A stretch of DNA of 64,000 nt from a candidate division WWE3 bacterium RIFCSPHIGHO2_01_FULL_40_23 (GTDB taxonomy: Bacteria > Patescibacteriota > WWE3 > UBA101185 > 2-01-FULL-41-18), in NCBI GenBank assembly GCA_001772615.1, contig MEUZ01000003.1:286433-350432 (forward strand), in the 5' to 3' direction. A program made the translations under genes and the position numbers. A model generated the notes under the pieces. That model was not told where the DNA came from, ran no database searches, and worked only from the letters and a program-made list of their open reading frames with translations. Below are positions 28,102 to 38,712 of the stretch, one piece after another; the first letter of the stretch is position 1; each line of letters begins with the position of its first letter.

Positions 28102-28860
28102 CTATCCTGCTTTAAGCTTAAGCTCCTGCCTGATCTTTTCATACATCAATATCCCGCAGGCAACGCTTAAATTAAGCGATTGAATATCATTTCTCATAGG
28201 CACGCGCACAACTATATCGCATTTATCTATGATGGGCAAAGACAAAGCTGAATCTTCGCCTCCTAAAACAAGGGCTAAAGGGCCGGTAAGATCCTCATCA
28301 AAGTAGTCTTTTGTTCCCGTAGTCTCAACACCCACAATCTTTATGCCTGCCCTTTTTATAACGGTAAGGGCTGACAATATGCTTTCCGTACAAACCTTTA
28401 CAACATTACTTGCCCCCATGGAAACTCTCTCAACAACAGGCGTTAAAACCTCTCTGCCCGAAGAGGGTACAACAACTGCGGTGGCTCCCGAAGCTGCCGC
28501 GCTTCTTAAAATCGCTCCAAGGTTATGCTCATATAGAACCTCTTTAATCACAACCAAAAAAGGATTTCTAACGCTTTTTATTACCTCCGAAACGGTGTAA
28601 GTCTTAACACCTTCGGCTAACGCAATAACTCCTTGATGAGAGTCAGTTTTTGATATGTTATCAAGATAACCTCTTTCAACCATTGAGAGCTTCACATGCT
28701 TTCTTTCCGAAAGGTTTATAAGACCCTCTACCTTATCTCCTTTGGCCCCTTTGTCTAAAAATATTTCAAAGATCTTTCTTCCCCTGGTGAGCGCTTCAAT
28801 AACAACGTTTCGCCCTTCAAGATTCACAGTGTTCATATCGTATTGCCGCACCTTTTGCAC
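28102..28860 (-). CDS. SpoU/TrmH-family 2'-O-ribose RNA methyltransferase (RlmB-like) inserted between rplX and rplE
   Basis: N-terminal L30e-like substrate-binding domain, then SPOUT motifs (LALVLGGEDSALS; NDIQSLNLSVACGILMYE). 252 aa. Confidence 0.8.
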   Translation of the reverse strand: MQKVRQYDMNTVNLEGRNVVIEALTRGRKIFEIFLDKGAKGDKVEGLINLSERKHVKLSMVERGYLDNISKTDSHQGVIALAEGVKTYTVSEVIKSVRNPFLVVIKEVLYEHNLGAILRSAAASGATAVVVPSSGREVLTPVVERVSMGASNVVKVCTESILSALTVIKRAGIKIVGVETTGTKDYFDEDLTGPLALVLGGEDSALSLPIIDKCDIVVRVPMRNDIQSLNLSVACGILMYEKIRQELKLKAG

Positions 28861-29135
28861 ACCCTATACTTCTTCCCGTCAACCAACTTTTGCATGGTTC
28901 TGACTTCTCTTTTACATTTCTCACAAACAACCATAACGTTAGAGGCATCAATAGGCTTTTCCATTGAAATTATTCCACCTTCTTTTGATACCTTCCCCGC
29001 TTTTACATGCTTTTTAACGATATTCACTCCTTCAATTACAACTCTTCCGCTTTTTGAAACCTCTCTAACCGTTCCTTCTTTTCCTTTATCTTTTCCTGCA
29101 ATAACTTTTACTTTATCTCCCTTTTTTATTTTCAT
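28833..29135 (-). CDS. rplX: 50S ribosomal protein L24 with a Cys4 C-terminal extension
   Basis: KOW start MKIKKGDKVKVIAGKDKGKEG, C-terminal VVCEKCKREV ... RVCKRCGNTI. Confidence 0.9.
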   Translation of the reverse strand: MKIKKGDKVKVIAGKDKGKEGTVREVSKSGRVVIEGVNIVKKHVKAGKVSKEGGIISMEKPIDASNVMVVCEKCKREVRTMQKLVDGKKYRVCKRCGNTI

Positions 29136-29137
29136 AT

Positions 29138-29506
29138 TTACCAGACCTCCATCGCAGCAGAAACAATTTTTAAAAATCCCTTATCACGCAGTTCCCTTGC
29201 GACGGGCCCGAAAACTCTTGTGCCTTTTGGAAGGCCATCATCGTCAACAACTACCGCCGCATTATCATCAAATCTTATATAGCTTCCGTCTTTCCTTCTG
29301 ACTTCCTTTCTCACTCTCACAATGACGGCTTTTACGATGGAGTGATCTTTTACAACACCCGTTGAAGAAGCTCCCTTAACCGAACAGGTTACAATGTTGG
29401 CTAAAGATGCAAACTTGCGCCTTGAATCGCCCGGTATACCAATAAGCTTAAGGCCTTTGGCTCCGGAGTTATCAGCTACGTTTAAGAAAGTTCCGACCTG
29501 AACCAT
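29138..29506 (-). CDS. rplN: 50S ribosomal protein L14
   Basis: [24 protein letters not shown]. Confidence 0.95.
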   Translation of the reverse strand: MVQVGTFLNVADNSGAKGLKLIGIPGDSRRKFASLANIVTCSVKGASSTGVVKDHSIVKAVIVRVRKEVRRKDGSYIRFDDNAAVVVDDDGLPKGTRVFGPVARELRDKGFLKIVSAAMEVW

Positions 29507-29508
29507 AT

Positions 29509-29760
29509 TTACTCCTCACCCAAAACCTTAACTACTATAAATGACTTATCTTTGCTTATAGGCCTGCACTCTTCTATCCTGACTTTATCTCCTTTTTTCG
29601 CCCCGATTTCATTGTGGGCTTTAAATCTCCTAGTATTTTTGATCATCTTTGAATACAGCGGATGTCTCTTTGGCATTTCCACAGAAACAACAACAGTCTT
29701 TTGCATTTTGTCAGACACAACCATCCCTATAAATTGTTTCCTTCTAACCTCTTTAATCAT
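29509..29760 (-). CDS. rpsQ: 30S ribosomal protein S17
   Basis: ...[17 protein letters not shown]...[16 protein letters not shown]. Confidence 0.93.
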   Translation of the reverse strand: MIKEVRRKQFIGMVVSDKMQKTVVVSVEMPKRHPLYSKMIKNTRRFKAHNEIGAKKGDKVRIEECRPISKDKSFIVVKVLGEE

Positions 29761-29762
29761 TT

Positions 29763-29966
29763 CTAAACCTCCTCAAGAATTTCTTTCTCCGACAACACTG
29801 TTTCAAGCCTTGCAATATCTTTTTTTAAATCTTTCACCAAAGAAGTATTCTTTTCTTTTTTTAAAAAAATATCCTCTCTTTTTTTTGAAAGCTCCTCTTT
29901 TTTCTTTTGCACTTCGGCCCTTACTTCCTCTTTTGTTTTTCCTCTGTAGTCTTTTATGCTAGTCAT
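29763..29966 (-). CDS. rpmC: 50S ribosomal protein L29
   Basis: 67-aa helical protein. Position between rplP and rpsQ. Confidence 0.85.
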   Translation of the reverse strand: MTSIKDYRGKTKEEVRAEVQKKKEELSKKREDIFLKKEKNTSLVKDLKKDIARLETVLSEKEILEEV

Positions 29967-29967
29967 A

Positions 29968-30375
29968 TTATTTCTCCATAAGAAATCTGGTTTTCAAAGG
30001 GAGCTTGTGTGACGCTCTAAGCAGCGCCTGGCCTGCCATCTCTTTTGTAACACCGCTCATTTCAAGTAGAACCCGCCCGGGAAGAACCAAAACGGCGTAA
30101 TGATCAACGGCTCCTTTGCCGCTTCCCATTCTGGTCTCATTTGGTTTCTTGGTAATAGGCTTTGCCGGGAAAATTCTTATCCAAAGCCTTCCGCCTCTTT
30201 TGGTGTAATGGGCAATCGCTTTTCTTGCCGCCTCTATCTGCCGTGATGTAATATAACCCCTTCCTAAGGCTTTTAAACCATACTCGCCAAACTCAAGGCT
30301 GTTTCCTCTTCCAGAAACCCCCCTCATTTTGCCCGTTTGCTGCTTTCTGTATTTTGTCTTTTTTGGCATTAACAT
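29968..30375 (-). CDS. rplP: 50S ribosomal protein L16
   Basis: [19 protein letters not shown]... Confidence 0.95.
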   Translation of the reverse strand: MLMPKKTKYRKQQTGKMRGVSGRGNSLEFGEYGLKALGRGYITSRQIEAARKAIAHYTKRGGRLWIRIFPAKPITKKPNETRMGSGKGAVDHYAVLVLPGRVLLEMSGVTKEMAGQALLRASHKLPLKTRFLMEK

Positions 30376-30387
30376 AAATTTCCTTTA

Positions 30388-31023
30388 CTAAATCTTTGTT
30401 TCCCCTCTGTAAATCCACACCTTTACACCTACTATTCCGTATAAAGTTTTAGCATCAACAGCGGCAAAATCCACATCCGCTCTTAAAGTTTGGGAAGGTA
30501 TTGAGCCAAGAAGCATCGTGTCACTTCTTCCGATTGTATTTGCGCCTGATAAAAGTCCCGCGCATCTTACCTTAATGCCTTTTGCACCCTTATTCATTGA
30601 AGCTTCCATAGCCATTCTCACAGCTCTCTTATATGGAATTCTCCTTTCAATTTGAGAAGCTATATTATCGGCAACAATAGGCGCTTCAAGCTCGGGAAGT
30701 TTAACATCCTCAACACTAAAGGAAGAAATTTTTGAGCTTGTCAGTTTCTTCAACTCATCTTTAATTATTTCAGCCCCGCTTCCACCCCTTCCAATAACAA
30801 TACCGGGTCTTGAGACCTGCACTGTAATATTTATTTCGTTAACGGATCTTTCAATTTCTATTGATTTAAGGCCTGCAGGTCTTAACTTTTGTTTTAAATA
30901 CTTTCTGATATAAAAATCTTCAAGAAGTGTTTTTCCATACAATTTCTTATCCGAGAACCATCTGGATTTCCAGTCTTTTGATATTCCTATTCGTAACCCT
31001 ATCGGGTTTATTTTATGCCCCAT
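30388..31023 (-). CDS. rpsC: 30S ribosomal protein S3
   Basis: MGHKINPIGLRIGISKDWKSRWF. Confidence 0.95.
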   Translation of the reverse strand: MGHKINPIGLRIGISKDWKSRWFSDKKLYGKTLLEDFYIRKYLKQKLRPAGLKSIEIERSVNEINITVQVSRPGIVIGRGGSGAEIIKDELKKLTSSKISSFSVEDVKLPELEAPIVADNIASQIERRIPYKRAVRMAMEASMNKGAKGIKVRCAGLLSGANTIGRSDTMLLGSIPSQTLRADVDFAAVDAKTLYGIVGVKVWIYRGETKI

Positions 31024-31024
31024 A

Positions 31025-31372
31025 TTACTTAACCTTTGATAAACCTATTTCTATGTGAGCTGAGCGCTTTAGTATCGGAGAAAATCTTCCTCTGCCTACT
31101 ATTCTCCCCCTTTTTATCATTGGACCTCCGTGGGAAACCGCTTTTGAAACAACAAGATTTTCTGATTTAACGCTATTATTATTTGAAGCGTTCGCGCCTG
31201 CCGATCTTAAAGCTTTTAAAACAACTCTCGCCGCCTTGGTCCTTGTAAACTTTAAAATTCTTTCCGCCTCAACAAACGGTTTAGCCCGAATAAGATCTAG
31301 GGTCATTGCAACCTTTCTTGGTGAAACCCTGACATATTTAGCTGTTGCACTCGTTAATAATTCCTTTTCCAT
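31025..31372 (-). CDS. rplV: 50S ribosomal protein L22
   Basis: ...ATAKYVRVSPRKVAMTLDLIR... Confidence 0.92.
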   Translation of the reverse strand: MEKELLTSATAKYVRVSPRKVAMTLDLIRAKPFVEAERILKFTRTKAARVVLKALRSAGANASNNNSVKSENLVVSKAVSHGGPMIKRGRIVGRGRFSPILKRSAHIEIGLSKVK

Positions 31373-31375
31373 AAA

Positions 31376-31642
31376 TTAAACTTTCTTTGAAGAGTGCGCC
31401 CTGAATATCCTTGTAGGAGCAAACTCTCCAAGCCTGTGCCCGACCATGCTTTCAACTATGTAAACAGGCACATGCGTTTTCCCGTTATGAATTTCCAGAG
31501 TGTGTCCGACCATTTCGGGAGAAACCTGTGATGACCTGGCCCATGTTTTAATAGGCTTTTTTTCACCAAGCTTATTTAGTTTTTGGACCTTCATTAGAAG
31601 CTTTTCATCAACAAAAGGTCCTTTTTTAAGCGATCTTGACAT
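31376..31642 (-). CDS. rpsS: 30S ribosomal protein S19
   Basis: [19 protein letters not shown]...[10 protein letters not shown]. Confidence 0.95.
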   Translation of the reverse strand: MSRSLKKGPFVDEKLLMKVQKLNKLGEKKPIKTWARSSQVSPEMVGHTLEIHNGKTHVPVYIVESMVGHRLGEFAPTRIFRAHSSKKV

Positions 31643-31647
31643 ATAAG

Positions 31648-32484
31648 TTATTTCTTTCTTTCACTTATAATAAACTTTCTAGTGTGCGTTCTTTTTCTGG
31701 TTTTAAATCCCTTAGTTTTCCATCCCCAGGGAGATTTAGGAGAAGGCATACCAATTCCTGATGTTTTATAGGAACCTGCGTGGGGATGATCTGACGGATC
31801 GGCCATGGCAACACCTCTTGTGTGGGGCCTTCTTCCCTTGTACCTGTTAATGCCTGCTTTGCCAAGATTTATATGCCTGACTTCGGGATTTGATAAAACT
31901 CCTATCGTCGCGTAACAGCTTCCAAGCACCTTTCTTATCTCGCCGCTGGGAAGTTTTATGATACCATAATCACCTTCCTTGGCCATGAGGACAGCCGAAA
32001 GTCCTGCTCCCCTTACAAGCTTGCCCCCTCCCTTTGGATAAAGCTCTATATTGTGAATTAAAGCTCCCAAGGGTGCGTTGGAAAGAGGCATTGCATTGCC
32101 CAGGTTTGCTTGCGCCTCGGGACCTGATGAAACAATATCCCCGACCTTAAGACCGATTGGCGCAAGAATATATCTTTTCTCTCCGTCCGAGTATGAAAGG
32201 AGGGCTATGTTTGGCCCTCTGTTTGGATCGTATTCTATGCTTTTCACAGTCGCAGGAATACCATGCTTATTTCTCTTAAAATCAATAATCCTATAAAGCT
32301 TTTTTGCTCCTTGCTGTCTGGAGTTTGAGGTTATTCTCCCGTGAGTCCTCCCCACGGCTCCTTTTTTTGGAACAGTTAAAGACTTTTCAGGTCTTTTTTC
32401 ATTAACCTCATAAGTTACGGTTTTCCTACCTCTTAATCCTTCGCTTGTGGGCCTATATGTCTTCATAATCTTATTTGCTCTCAA
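31648..32484 (-). CDS. rplB: 50S ribosomal protein L2
   Basis: ...[20 protein letters not shown]... [11 protein letters not shown]... Confidence 0.95.
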   Translation of the reverse strand: MRANKIMKTYRPTSEGLRGRKTVTYEVNEKRPEKSLTVPKKGAVGRTHGRITSNSRQQGAKKLYRIIDFKRNKHGIPATVKSIEYDPNRGPNIALLSYSDGEKRYILAPIGLKVGDIVSSGPEAQANLGNAMPLSNAPLGALIHNIELYPKGGGKLVRGAGLSAVLMAKEGDYGIIKLPSGEIRKVLGSCYATIGVLSNPEVRHINLGKAGINRYKGRRPHTRGVAMADPSDHPHAGSYKTSGIGMPSPKSPWGWKTKGFKTRKRTHTRKFIISERKK

Positions 32485-32761
32485 ATAATTTTATACTCTG
32501 GCCTTTTTTCAAAGTTACAACAGCTTTTTTCCACTTGGGAAGTTTTACGTATTTTCTGCCTTTAAGCATTTTCTTTTGCTTGCCGGGAACTATTTGGGTT
32601 GTTACTTTAACAGCATCCACCCCGAATAAGTCCTTCACTGCTTTAGAAACCGCGCCTTTAGAGCAAGAAATCGGAACTTCAAAAACATATTTGTTTTCTA
32701 TCACTAACGATGTGGTTTTTTCGGTTATCACCGGTCTTTTTATAAAATTATTAAGCCTCAT
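32471..32761 (-). CDS. rplW: 50S ribosomal protein L23
   Basis: Assigned by position and length (96 aa). ...RPVITEKTTSLVIENKYVFEV. Confidence 0.9.
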   Translation of the reverse strand: MRLNNFIKRPVITEKTTSLVIENKYVFEVPISCSKGAVSKAVKDLFGVDAVKVTTQIVPGKQKKMLKGRKYVKLPKWKKAVVTLKKGQSIKLFESK

Positions 32762-33356
32762 ATCTTCCCTTTAAAACTTCGCTACTCCCGTTTAATAAAA
32801 CAACCTCTTTGCTTTTTAAAATATCGTAAACATTTACATCTAAAGCAGATCTGATATTTATTCCTTTAACATTTCTTCCCGCTCTGACAAGTGATGAATC
32901 GTATTTCGGGGTTATAATCAAAGATCCTTTTTCAATATTATTTTCGTCAAGCATTTTAATAAATTCTTTTGTTTTTGGGGCTTTAAGACTAAATCTATCG
33001 GAAGTTTTTATTTGATTTCTTTTAGCTTTTAAACTTAAGGCGGATTCAAGAGCTTTCTTTCTTAAGGCGACAGGAAAATTAAGCGACCAGTCTTTCATCT
33101 TTGGCCCGTGTGCAATACCCCCATGCACAAAATGAGGGGCTCTTATTGACCCCTGCCTTGCTCTTCCCGTTCCTTTCTGCCTCCAGGGTTTCTTCCCACC
33201 CCCCGAGACGTCGCCCCTTGTTTTGGTATTGGAAGTTCCCTGTCTTTGATTTGCTCTATAAACTCTAATGTACAACGCCAAAAGCTCCTCGTTTATGGGA
33301 GAGTTAAAAAGTGTTTCTTTTTTTGTTTGTGTTTCCTTTTTTCCTTTTTTTTGCAT
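32751..33356 (-). CDS. rplD: 50S ribosomal protein L4
   Basis: ...GGGKKPWRQKGTGRARQGSIRAPHFVHGG... Confidence 0.93.
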   Translation of the reverse strand: MQKKGKKETQTKKETLFNSPINEELLALYIRVYRANQRQGTSNTKTRGDVSGGGKKPWRQKGTGRARQGSIRAPHFVHGGIAHGPKMKDWSLNFPVALRKKALESALSLKAKRNQIKTSDRFSLKAPKTKEFIKMLDENNIEKGSLIITPKYDSSLVRAGRNVKGINIRSALDVNVYDILKSKEVVLLNGSSEVLKGRYEA

Positions 33357-33358
33357 TT

Positions 33359-33784
33359 TTATTCCAAAACCTCAATAACAACTTTTGAATTTCTGGCGCC
33401 CGGAAGCGGACCCGATATCTTCATTCTTTTGGTAGCTGCGTCAACCTCTACTATTTTAAGTCCCTTTAAAGTCACCCTTTTATTTCCATGCCTTCCTGCT
33501 CTCCTCTTGCCTTTATAAACCCTTCCAGGAGTTGTCGTCTGCCCTGAAGAACCAGGGGCTCTGTGTCTGTCTGACTGACCATGCGTTTTCGGACCTCCCT
33601 TAAAATGGTATCTTTTTACAACACCCGTAAATCCTGCTCCCTTAGAAGTCCCTACAACAATCACTTTTTTCCCCGCAAGCTCGGGCAGAGCTTCGGAATC
33701 AATCACAACAAGAGTAACGGGGATCACCGTTCCGTCCTCCATAAAAAATTGAGACATTTCAAGCTTTCTTCCCTCAAGTTTCAT
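33359..33784 (-). CDS. rplC: 50S ribosomal protein L3, unusually short (141 aa)
   Basis: ...GTSKGAGFTGVVKRYHFKGGPKTHGQSDRHRAPGSSGQTTTPGRVYKGKRRAG... About 70 residues of the usual central region are missing. Confidence 0.88.
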   Translation of the reverse strand: MKLEGRKLEMSQFFMEDGTVIPVTLVVIDSEALPELAGKKVIVVGTSKGAGFTGVVKRYHFKGGPKTHGQSDRHRAPGSSGQTTTPGRVYKGKRRAGRHGNKRVTLKGLKIVEVDAATKRMKISGPLPGARNSKVVIEVLE

Positions 33785-33794
33785 AAAACCTTAC

Positions 33795-33820
33795 ATAAAT
33801 AAAAAAGCGCCTTAAGGCGC
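33795..33820 (-). terminator. Terminator/attenuator-like palindrome between rpsJ and rplC
   Basis: Minus strand reads GCGCCTTAAGGCGC followed by TTTTTTATTTATG, ending 7 nt before the rplC ATG. Confidence 0.5.
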
Positions 33821-33939
33821 AAGAAACTAATCCTTAACTTGCAAACCCTGACTAGGTACCCAAATTATTTTTTAATGTTTCTTCCCTTTTAAGGTTTAAT
33901 AACATTTAACTTTTCAAGGTTAAACCTTGTACGTTTTCT

Positions 33940-34251
33940 CTACATCTTTATCTCAATCCCGCATCCTGCAGGAAGGTTAAGATGAGACAGGCTGTCTATA
34001 GTCGTAGACGTTGGATCAAGTATATCAATTAATCTCTTATGTGTCCTTATCTCAAACTGCTCCCTTGATCTTTTATCAATATGAGGTCCTCGTATTACCG
34101 TGTATCTTTCAATTTGTGTGGGCAAAGGGATAGGGCCCGAAATTTTAGCTCCGGTTCTGACTGCCGTGTCCACAATTCGGGATGCCGACTGATCAACAAT
34201 CCTTGAATCATAGGCTTTAAGTTTTATTCTAATTCTTGCCCCTTTTGCCAT
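33940..34251 (-). CDS. rpsJ: 30S ribosomal protein S10
   Basis: ...[24 protein letters not shown]... Confidence 0.95.
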   Translation of the reverse strand: MAKGARIRIKLKAYDSRIVDQSASRIVDTAVRTGAKISGPIPLPTQIERYTVIRGPHIDKRSREQFEIRTHKRLIDILDPTSTTIDSLSHLNLPAGCGIEIKM

Positions 34252-34300
34252 AGTTGGTATTGCAGTAAACTATCTTCTTGGTTTGCGAATAAGGTATCTA

Positions 34301-35479
34301 TCAGGCAGTGACTTTTGTAATTACTCCAGCTCCAACAGTATTACCACCTTCTCTAATTGCAAACCTTAACCCATCTTCAAGAGCAACAGGCGTTATAAGT
34401 TTAACCGAAACCTTAACGCTATCTCCCGGCATTACCATTTCTGTTCCCGAAGGAAGCGTGACTTCCCCGGTAACATCAGTGGTTCTGATATAAAACTGGG
34501 GCCTGTATCCCGAGAAGAAAGGTGTGTGTCTGCCGTTTTCCTCTTTGGAAAGGACATAAATCTCACAGTCAAACTCACTGTGAGGCTTTGTTGTACCGGG
34601 TTTGGCAAGAACCTGGCCTCTTTCCACCTGATCTTTCTCAATACCTCTTAATAAAACACCAACATTATCTCCTGCCTGGCCTTCCTGCATCTGCTTCTTA
34701 AACATTTCAACACCAGTCACAACCGTCTTCTGCGTATCTCTTATACCGACAATCTCTATTTCTTCACCAATCTTAACAACACCTTTTTCAATCTTGCCGG
34801 TCACAACGGTGCCTCTTCCCTTTATGGAAAAAACATCCTCAATAGGCATTAGGAAAGGTTTATCAAGCTCTCTTACAGGTGTTGGGATATTTGTATCAAC
34901 CGCATTCATCAACTCTTCAATTGCTTTAACGGACTCTGCATCACCCTCAAGAGCTTTAAGAGCCGACCCTTTAATAACAGGAACTTTAGCCCCATCATAA
35001 CCGTATTTGGTTAAGATCTCCCTGATTTCAACTTCAACAAGGTCCAAAAGCTCTTTATCCGAGACCATATCGCACTTGTTCATAAAAACAACAAGCGCCG
35101 GAACATTAACCTGACGTGCAAGAAGAATGTGCTCTCTGGTTTGAGGCATGGGGCCATCGGGAGCCGAGACAACAAGAATCGCCCCGTCCATCTGCGCCGC
35201 ACCAGTAATCATATTTTTTATGTAGTCTTTATGCCCGGGGGCATCAATATGAGCATAATGTCTTGCATCAGTTTCGTACTCAACATGAGTGATATTAATA
35301 GTAATACCCCTGGCTCTCTCTTCAGGAGCTTTGTCAATTGTTTCATAAGCCCTGAATTCGGCTTTGCCTTTCCCTGCTAAAACCTTGGTGATAGCAGCGG
35401 TAAGTGTCGTCTTACCATGGTCAACGTGACCGATTGTTCCGATATTTACGTGAGGTTTGTTTCTAACAAACTCCGCCAT
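34301..35479 (-). CDS. tuf: Elongation factor Tu. The start is probably [10 protein letters not shown]; the full ORF extends to 35518.
   Basis: [10 protein letters not shown] ... DAPGHKDY ... NKCD. Confidence 0.97.
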   Translation of the reverse strand: MAEFVRNKPHVNIGTIGHVDHGKTTLTAAITKVLAGKGKAEFRAYETIDKAPEERARGITINITHVEYETDARHYAHIDAPGHKDYIKNMITGAAQMDGAILVVSAPDGPMPQTREHILLARQVNVPALVVFMNKCDMVSDKELLDLVEVEIREILTKYGYDGAKVPVIKGSALKALEGDAESVKAIEELMNAVDTNIPTPVRELDKPFLMPIEDVFSIKGRGTVVTGKIEKGVVKIGEEIEIVGIRDTQKTVVTGVEMFKKQMQEGQAGDNVGVLLRGIEKDQVERGQVLAKPGTTKPHSEFDCEIYVLSKEENGRHTPFFSGYRPQFYIRTTDVTGEVTLPSGTEMVMPGDSVKVSVKLITPVALEDGLRFAIREGGNTVGAGVITKVTA

Positions 35480-35629
35480 AACACCTTTCCAAGTTTGTAA
35501 ACCTAAATACAACCGCACGTCCCAGGTCGTATCTAAATTAAACTTTGATAAAATTTAATACTTGCGCCAAATTGTGTTGACGCCAACAAGTTTGCCAAAA
35601 TTCTGCCAAAAAATCAAGCACCAGCTACA

Positions 35630-37708
35630 CTACCCTTTTTTAGTTTTTATCTGCTCAACAACATTCTGCGGAACTTCCTCATAATGAGAAGGCTCCATTA
35701 CAAAGCTTGCTCTTCCTTGAGTCATACCCCTTAAGTCCGTGGCATACCCAAACATTTCCGAAAGAGGGACTAGAGCCGATATTACCTTGGCATTTCCCCT
35801 GATTTCAGTCCCTTCAATCCTTCCCCTTCTTGAGGACAAATTGCCGATTATATCGCCCATAAATTCATCCGTTGAAATTACTTCAACTTTCATTATAGGC
35901 TCAAGAAGAACAGGGTTAGCTTTTCTCATTCCGTCCCTGAAAGCTTCATGAGCGGCCATTTTAAAAGCAAGCTCCGATGAATCAACCTCATGGAAAGACC
36001 CGTCAAACAAAGTTGCTGAAAAATCAACAACCGGGTAACCTGCAACAACTCCACTTTCCATTACCTCCTTAATTCCTTTTTCAACGGCGGGGAAATACTC
36101 CCTTGGAATAGCCCCTCCCACTATTTTATTAATAAACTCATAACCTTCACCTCTTCCCTTTGGCTCAAGTTTAATAAAGACATGGCCGTATTGGCCGTGT
36201 CCGCCTGACTGCTTAATATATTTTCCTTCCTGCTCAACTGATGATTTTATAGTTTCACGATAAGCAACCTGGGGCTTTCCCGTATTTACTTCAACACCAA
36301 ACTCCCTCTTTAAACGGTCAACTTTAATTTCAAGATGCAGCTCCCCCATACCCGATATAAGAGTCTGCCCCGTTTCGGGATTGCTCCCAAGCTTAAATGT
36401 TGGATCTTCTTCAACAAGCTTTTTTAGAACTTCTCCAAGTTTGTCCCTGTCCGCTTTGGTTTTTGGCTCTATGACAAGGGAAATAACAGGGTCGGGAAAT
36501 TTAATATTTTCAAGAATTAAAGGGGTTGACTCGTCGCATAAAGTATCCCCGGTGGCAGTGTCTTTAAGTCCCACTGCTGCGCCGATTTCGCCGGCCGAAA
36601 GTTCATTTATTTCCTCCCTTTGGTTGGCGTGCATTAGAACGAGCCTTGAAAGCCTTTCCTTAGCTCCTTTTGTAGAATTTAAAACATAAGTTCCATTTTT
36701 AAGTGAACCCGTATATACCCTCACAAATGTAAGTCTTCCTATAAACGGATCGGTCTGGATTTTAAAAGCAAGTGCGGAGGTTTTCTTTTCTTTGTTGGGA
36801 GTGAGAAGCTCCATACTTTTACCTGAAGTATCGGTGGCTTCATAGTGCGATCTATCAAGAGGCGAGGGCAAAAAAGAAACAACCGCATCTAAAATAGCCG
36901 TAACAGGGACGCCTCTTCCATCTCCTCCGGTAACAGGGAAAAATTTACCTGAAAGGGTAGCTTTTCTCACAGCTAAGGAAAGTTCATCTTCTGAAAGATC
37001 CTGTCCATTTAAAAACTTTTCCATCAGGCTATCGTCATACTCCACAACTCTTTCCATCAAAAGAGTTCTGTAAATCTTCACTTTTTCCATATACTCTTTG
37101 GGTATCTCTCCTTCAACAAGATGATCTTGATGAAAGTCGGTATAGGTGTAAGCCTTCATTTTAATGAGATCAATTAATCCGTTTACATCTTTTTCAAAGC
37201 CGATTGGAAGGTGAATGGGGGTTGCGTTTTTTCCAAGCCTTTCATGAATTGACCCAAGGCTTTTATAAAAATCTCCGCCTATTTGATTAATTTTATTAAT
37301 AAAACAGATTCTTGGGACATGATACTTGTCGGCCTGCCTCCAAACCGTTTCAGACTGCGGCTCAACACCCATCTTGCCGTCAAAAACCACAACCGCTCCA
37401 TCCAAAACCCTTAAAGATCTCTCAACTTCAGCAGTAAAATCAACATGGCCGGGAGTGTCAATAATATTGATTCTATGGTCCTTCCAGAAACAGGTTGTCG
37501 CGGCGGACGTAATGGTTATACCTCTTTCCCTTTCCTGCGGCATCCAATCCATTTGAGTGTCCCCAGTGTGGACCTCGCCTATCCTATGGATCTTCCCCGT
37601 GTAATAAAGCACAGATTCAGTCGTGGTTGTTTTACCCGCGTCAATGTGAGCTATTATTCCAATGTTTCTTATCCTTTCCAAAGGATATTTCCTGTTAGAT
37701 GTTTCCAT
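35630..37708 (-). CDS. fusA: Elongation factor G
   Basis: [12 protein letters not shown] ... DTPGHVDF. About 692 aa. Confidence 0.97.
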   Translation of the reverse strand: METSNRKYPLERIRNIGIIAHIDAGKTTTTESVLYYTGKIHRIGEVHTGDTQMDWMPQERERGITITSAATTCFWKDHRINIIDTPGHVDFTAEVERSLRVLDGAVVVFDGKMGVEPQSETVWRQADKYHVPRICFINKINQIGGDFYKSLGSIHERLGKNATPIHLPIGFEKDVNGLIDLIKMKAYTYTDFHQDHLVEGEIPKEYMEKVKIYRTLLMERVVEYDDSLMEKFLNGQDLSEDELSLAVRKATLSGKFFPVTGGDGRGVPVTAILDAVVSFLPSPLDRSHYEATDTSGKSMELLTPNKEKKTSALAFKIQTDPFIGRLTFVRVYTGSLKNGTYVLNSTKGAKERLSRLVLMHANQREEINELSAGEIGAAVGLKDTATGDTLCDESTPLILENIKFPDPVISLVIEPKTKADRDKLGEVLKKLVEEDPTFKLGSNPETGQTLISGMGELHLEIKVDRLKREFGVEVNTGKPQVAYRETIKSSVEQEGKYIKQSGGHGQYGHVFIKLEPKGRGEGYEFINKIVGGAIPREYFPAVEKGIKEVMESGVVAGYPVVDFSATLFDGSFHEVDSSELAFKMAAHEAFRDGMRKANPVLLEPIMKVEVISTDEFMGDIIGNLSSRRGRIEGTEIRGNAKVISALVPLSEMFGYATDLRGMTQGRASFVMEPSHYEEVPQNVVEQIKTKKG

Positions 37709-37820
37709 TATCAACAAAAAGCTTCCCTTTTAGGAAAGCCTGCCTTTTTCCATAATACTCTTTTTAGCTACGTAAATTTAGCAGGAAGAATTTGTGATGT
37801 CAACGGCAAAAAGGGGTACT

Positions 37821-38396
37821 TTACTGCCTGTTTATGGAGTCAAGAAGCACAGATAAAGCTACGGCTAATCGTCTATCAATAACCTTCCCTGTGTCATTTC
37901 TCAAATCTATGTAATACCTATCTCTTATTAAAGCTCTCTTCTTTTCTATTACCCCTAAAGCCGTATCGCCTTTCACGATATCAAATTTTACGGGGATAAC
38001 GAGTGTAATGAAATCAAAAACCCTCCTTAAAACCGCAAGGACAATTGAATCCTCATGCACCTCTGCAATCATTTCTTCAGAAGGAGAAAGAATTAGCCAC
38101 TTTCCGCGTAAAAGAGATCTTAAACCTTCTCTTTTTATAATCCCCAAAACCGCTCCCGACGAAGAATCAGAAACAGTATATTTGCCTGAAAAATCAATAA
38201 TATTTTGAGCTGAAATTTTTAAAAACTCACTGGTTTCGGCTTGATCCGTATAAAAGCGAAAATCTTCTTTCAGCCTAAAAAGCTTCTGTTTTGAGTATAA
38301 AAGGACATTACTTCCCGCATCCGTAACTATATATTTATTACCAAGTGCAAGCATTTTCTGGGCAAGAAGAAGCTCGTCATATTGATTTAAATCCAT
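37821..38396 (-). CDS. LURP-one-related/YxjI-like (tubby-like, DUF567) protein inserted in the str operon
   Basis: 191 aa with a duplicated beta-barrel-like pattern (KYIVTDAGSNVLLYSKQKLFRL ... KYTVSDSSSGAVLGIIKRE). Confidence 0.45.
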   Translation of the reverse strand: MDLNQYDELLLAQKMLALGNKYIVTDAGSNVLLYSKQKLFRLKEDFRFYTDQAETSEFLKISAQNIIDFSGKYTVSDSSSGAVLGIIKREGLRSLLRGKWLILSPSEEMIAEVHEDSIVLAVLRRVFDFITLVIPVKFDIVKGDTALGVIEKKRALIRDRYYIDLRNDTGKVIDRRLAVALSVLLDSINRQ

Positions 38397-38517
38397 TCCT
38401 TAACACTATCACATAAAAATACGATTGCAAAACACGCTCTGACCATGAAGTGAGAGCCTACTCTCTACTTCATGGCAAACCATTGACTTAAGCCTTTGCA
38501 GGATAAATAATTATTTT

Positions 38518-38712
38518 GTGCTTGATAACCACCTTTACAATCTTTTAAACCAGTTAACGCAGGAGCACAAAAGCCTTTGGCGAATTAAAAATAAATACAT
38601 GGTTGACTCTGACGGCTGTGATAAATGCAAAGAATTCTGGAACAAACTGGAAAAGGATAAAGAAGATCACATTAAAGAGCTAACAGACCTTATAAAATCC
38701 CACATGTCTTAG
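38518..38712 (+). CDS. Small hypothetical helical protein (64 aa, CxxC-like CDKCKEFW)
   Basis: A TTGACT ... GATAAATAAT promoter-like sequence lies upstream. Convergent with the NUDIX gene. Confidence 0.3.
   Translation: MLDNHLYNLLNQLTQEHKSLWRIKNKYMVDSDGCDKCKEFWNKLEKDKEDHIKELTDLIKSHMS

Noticed and set aside
35519-35629. Internal promoter for tuf in the fusA-tuf gap (TTGGCG...TATTAAAT-like)
   Set aside because: The spacing between candidate -35 and -10 hexamers is poor (20 nt) and there are no repeats of note. Not callable from sequence alone.
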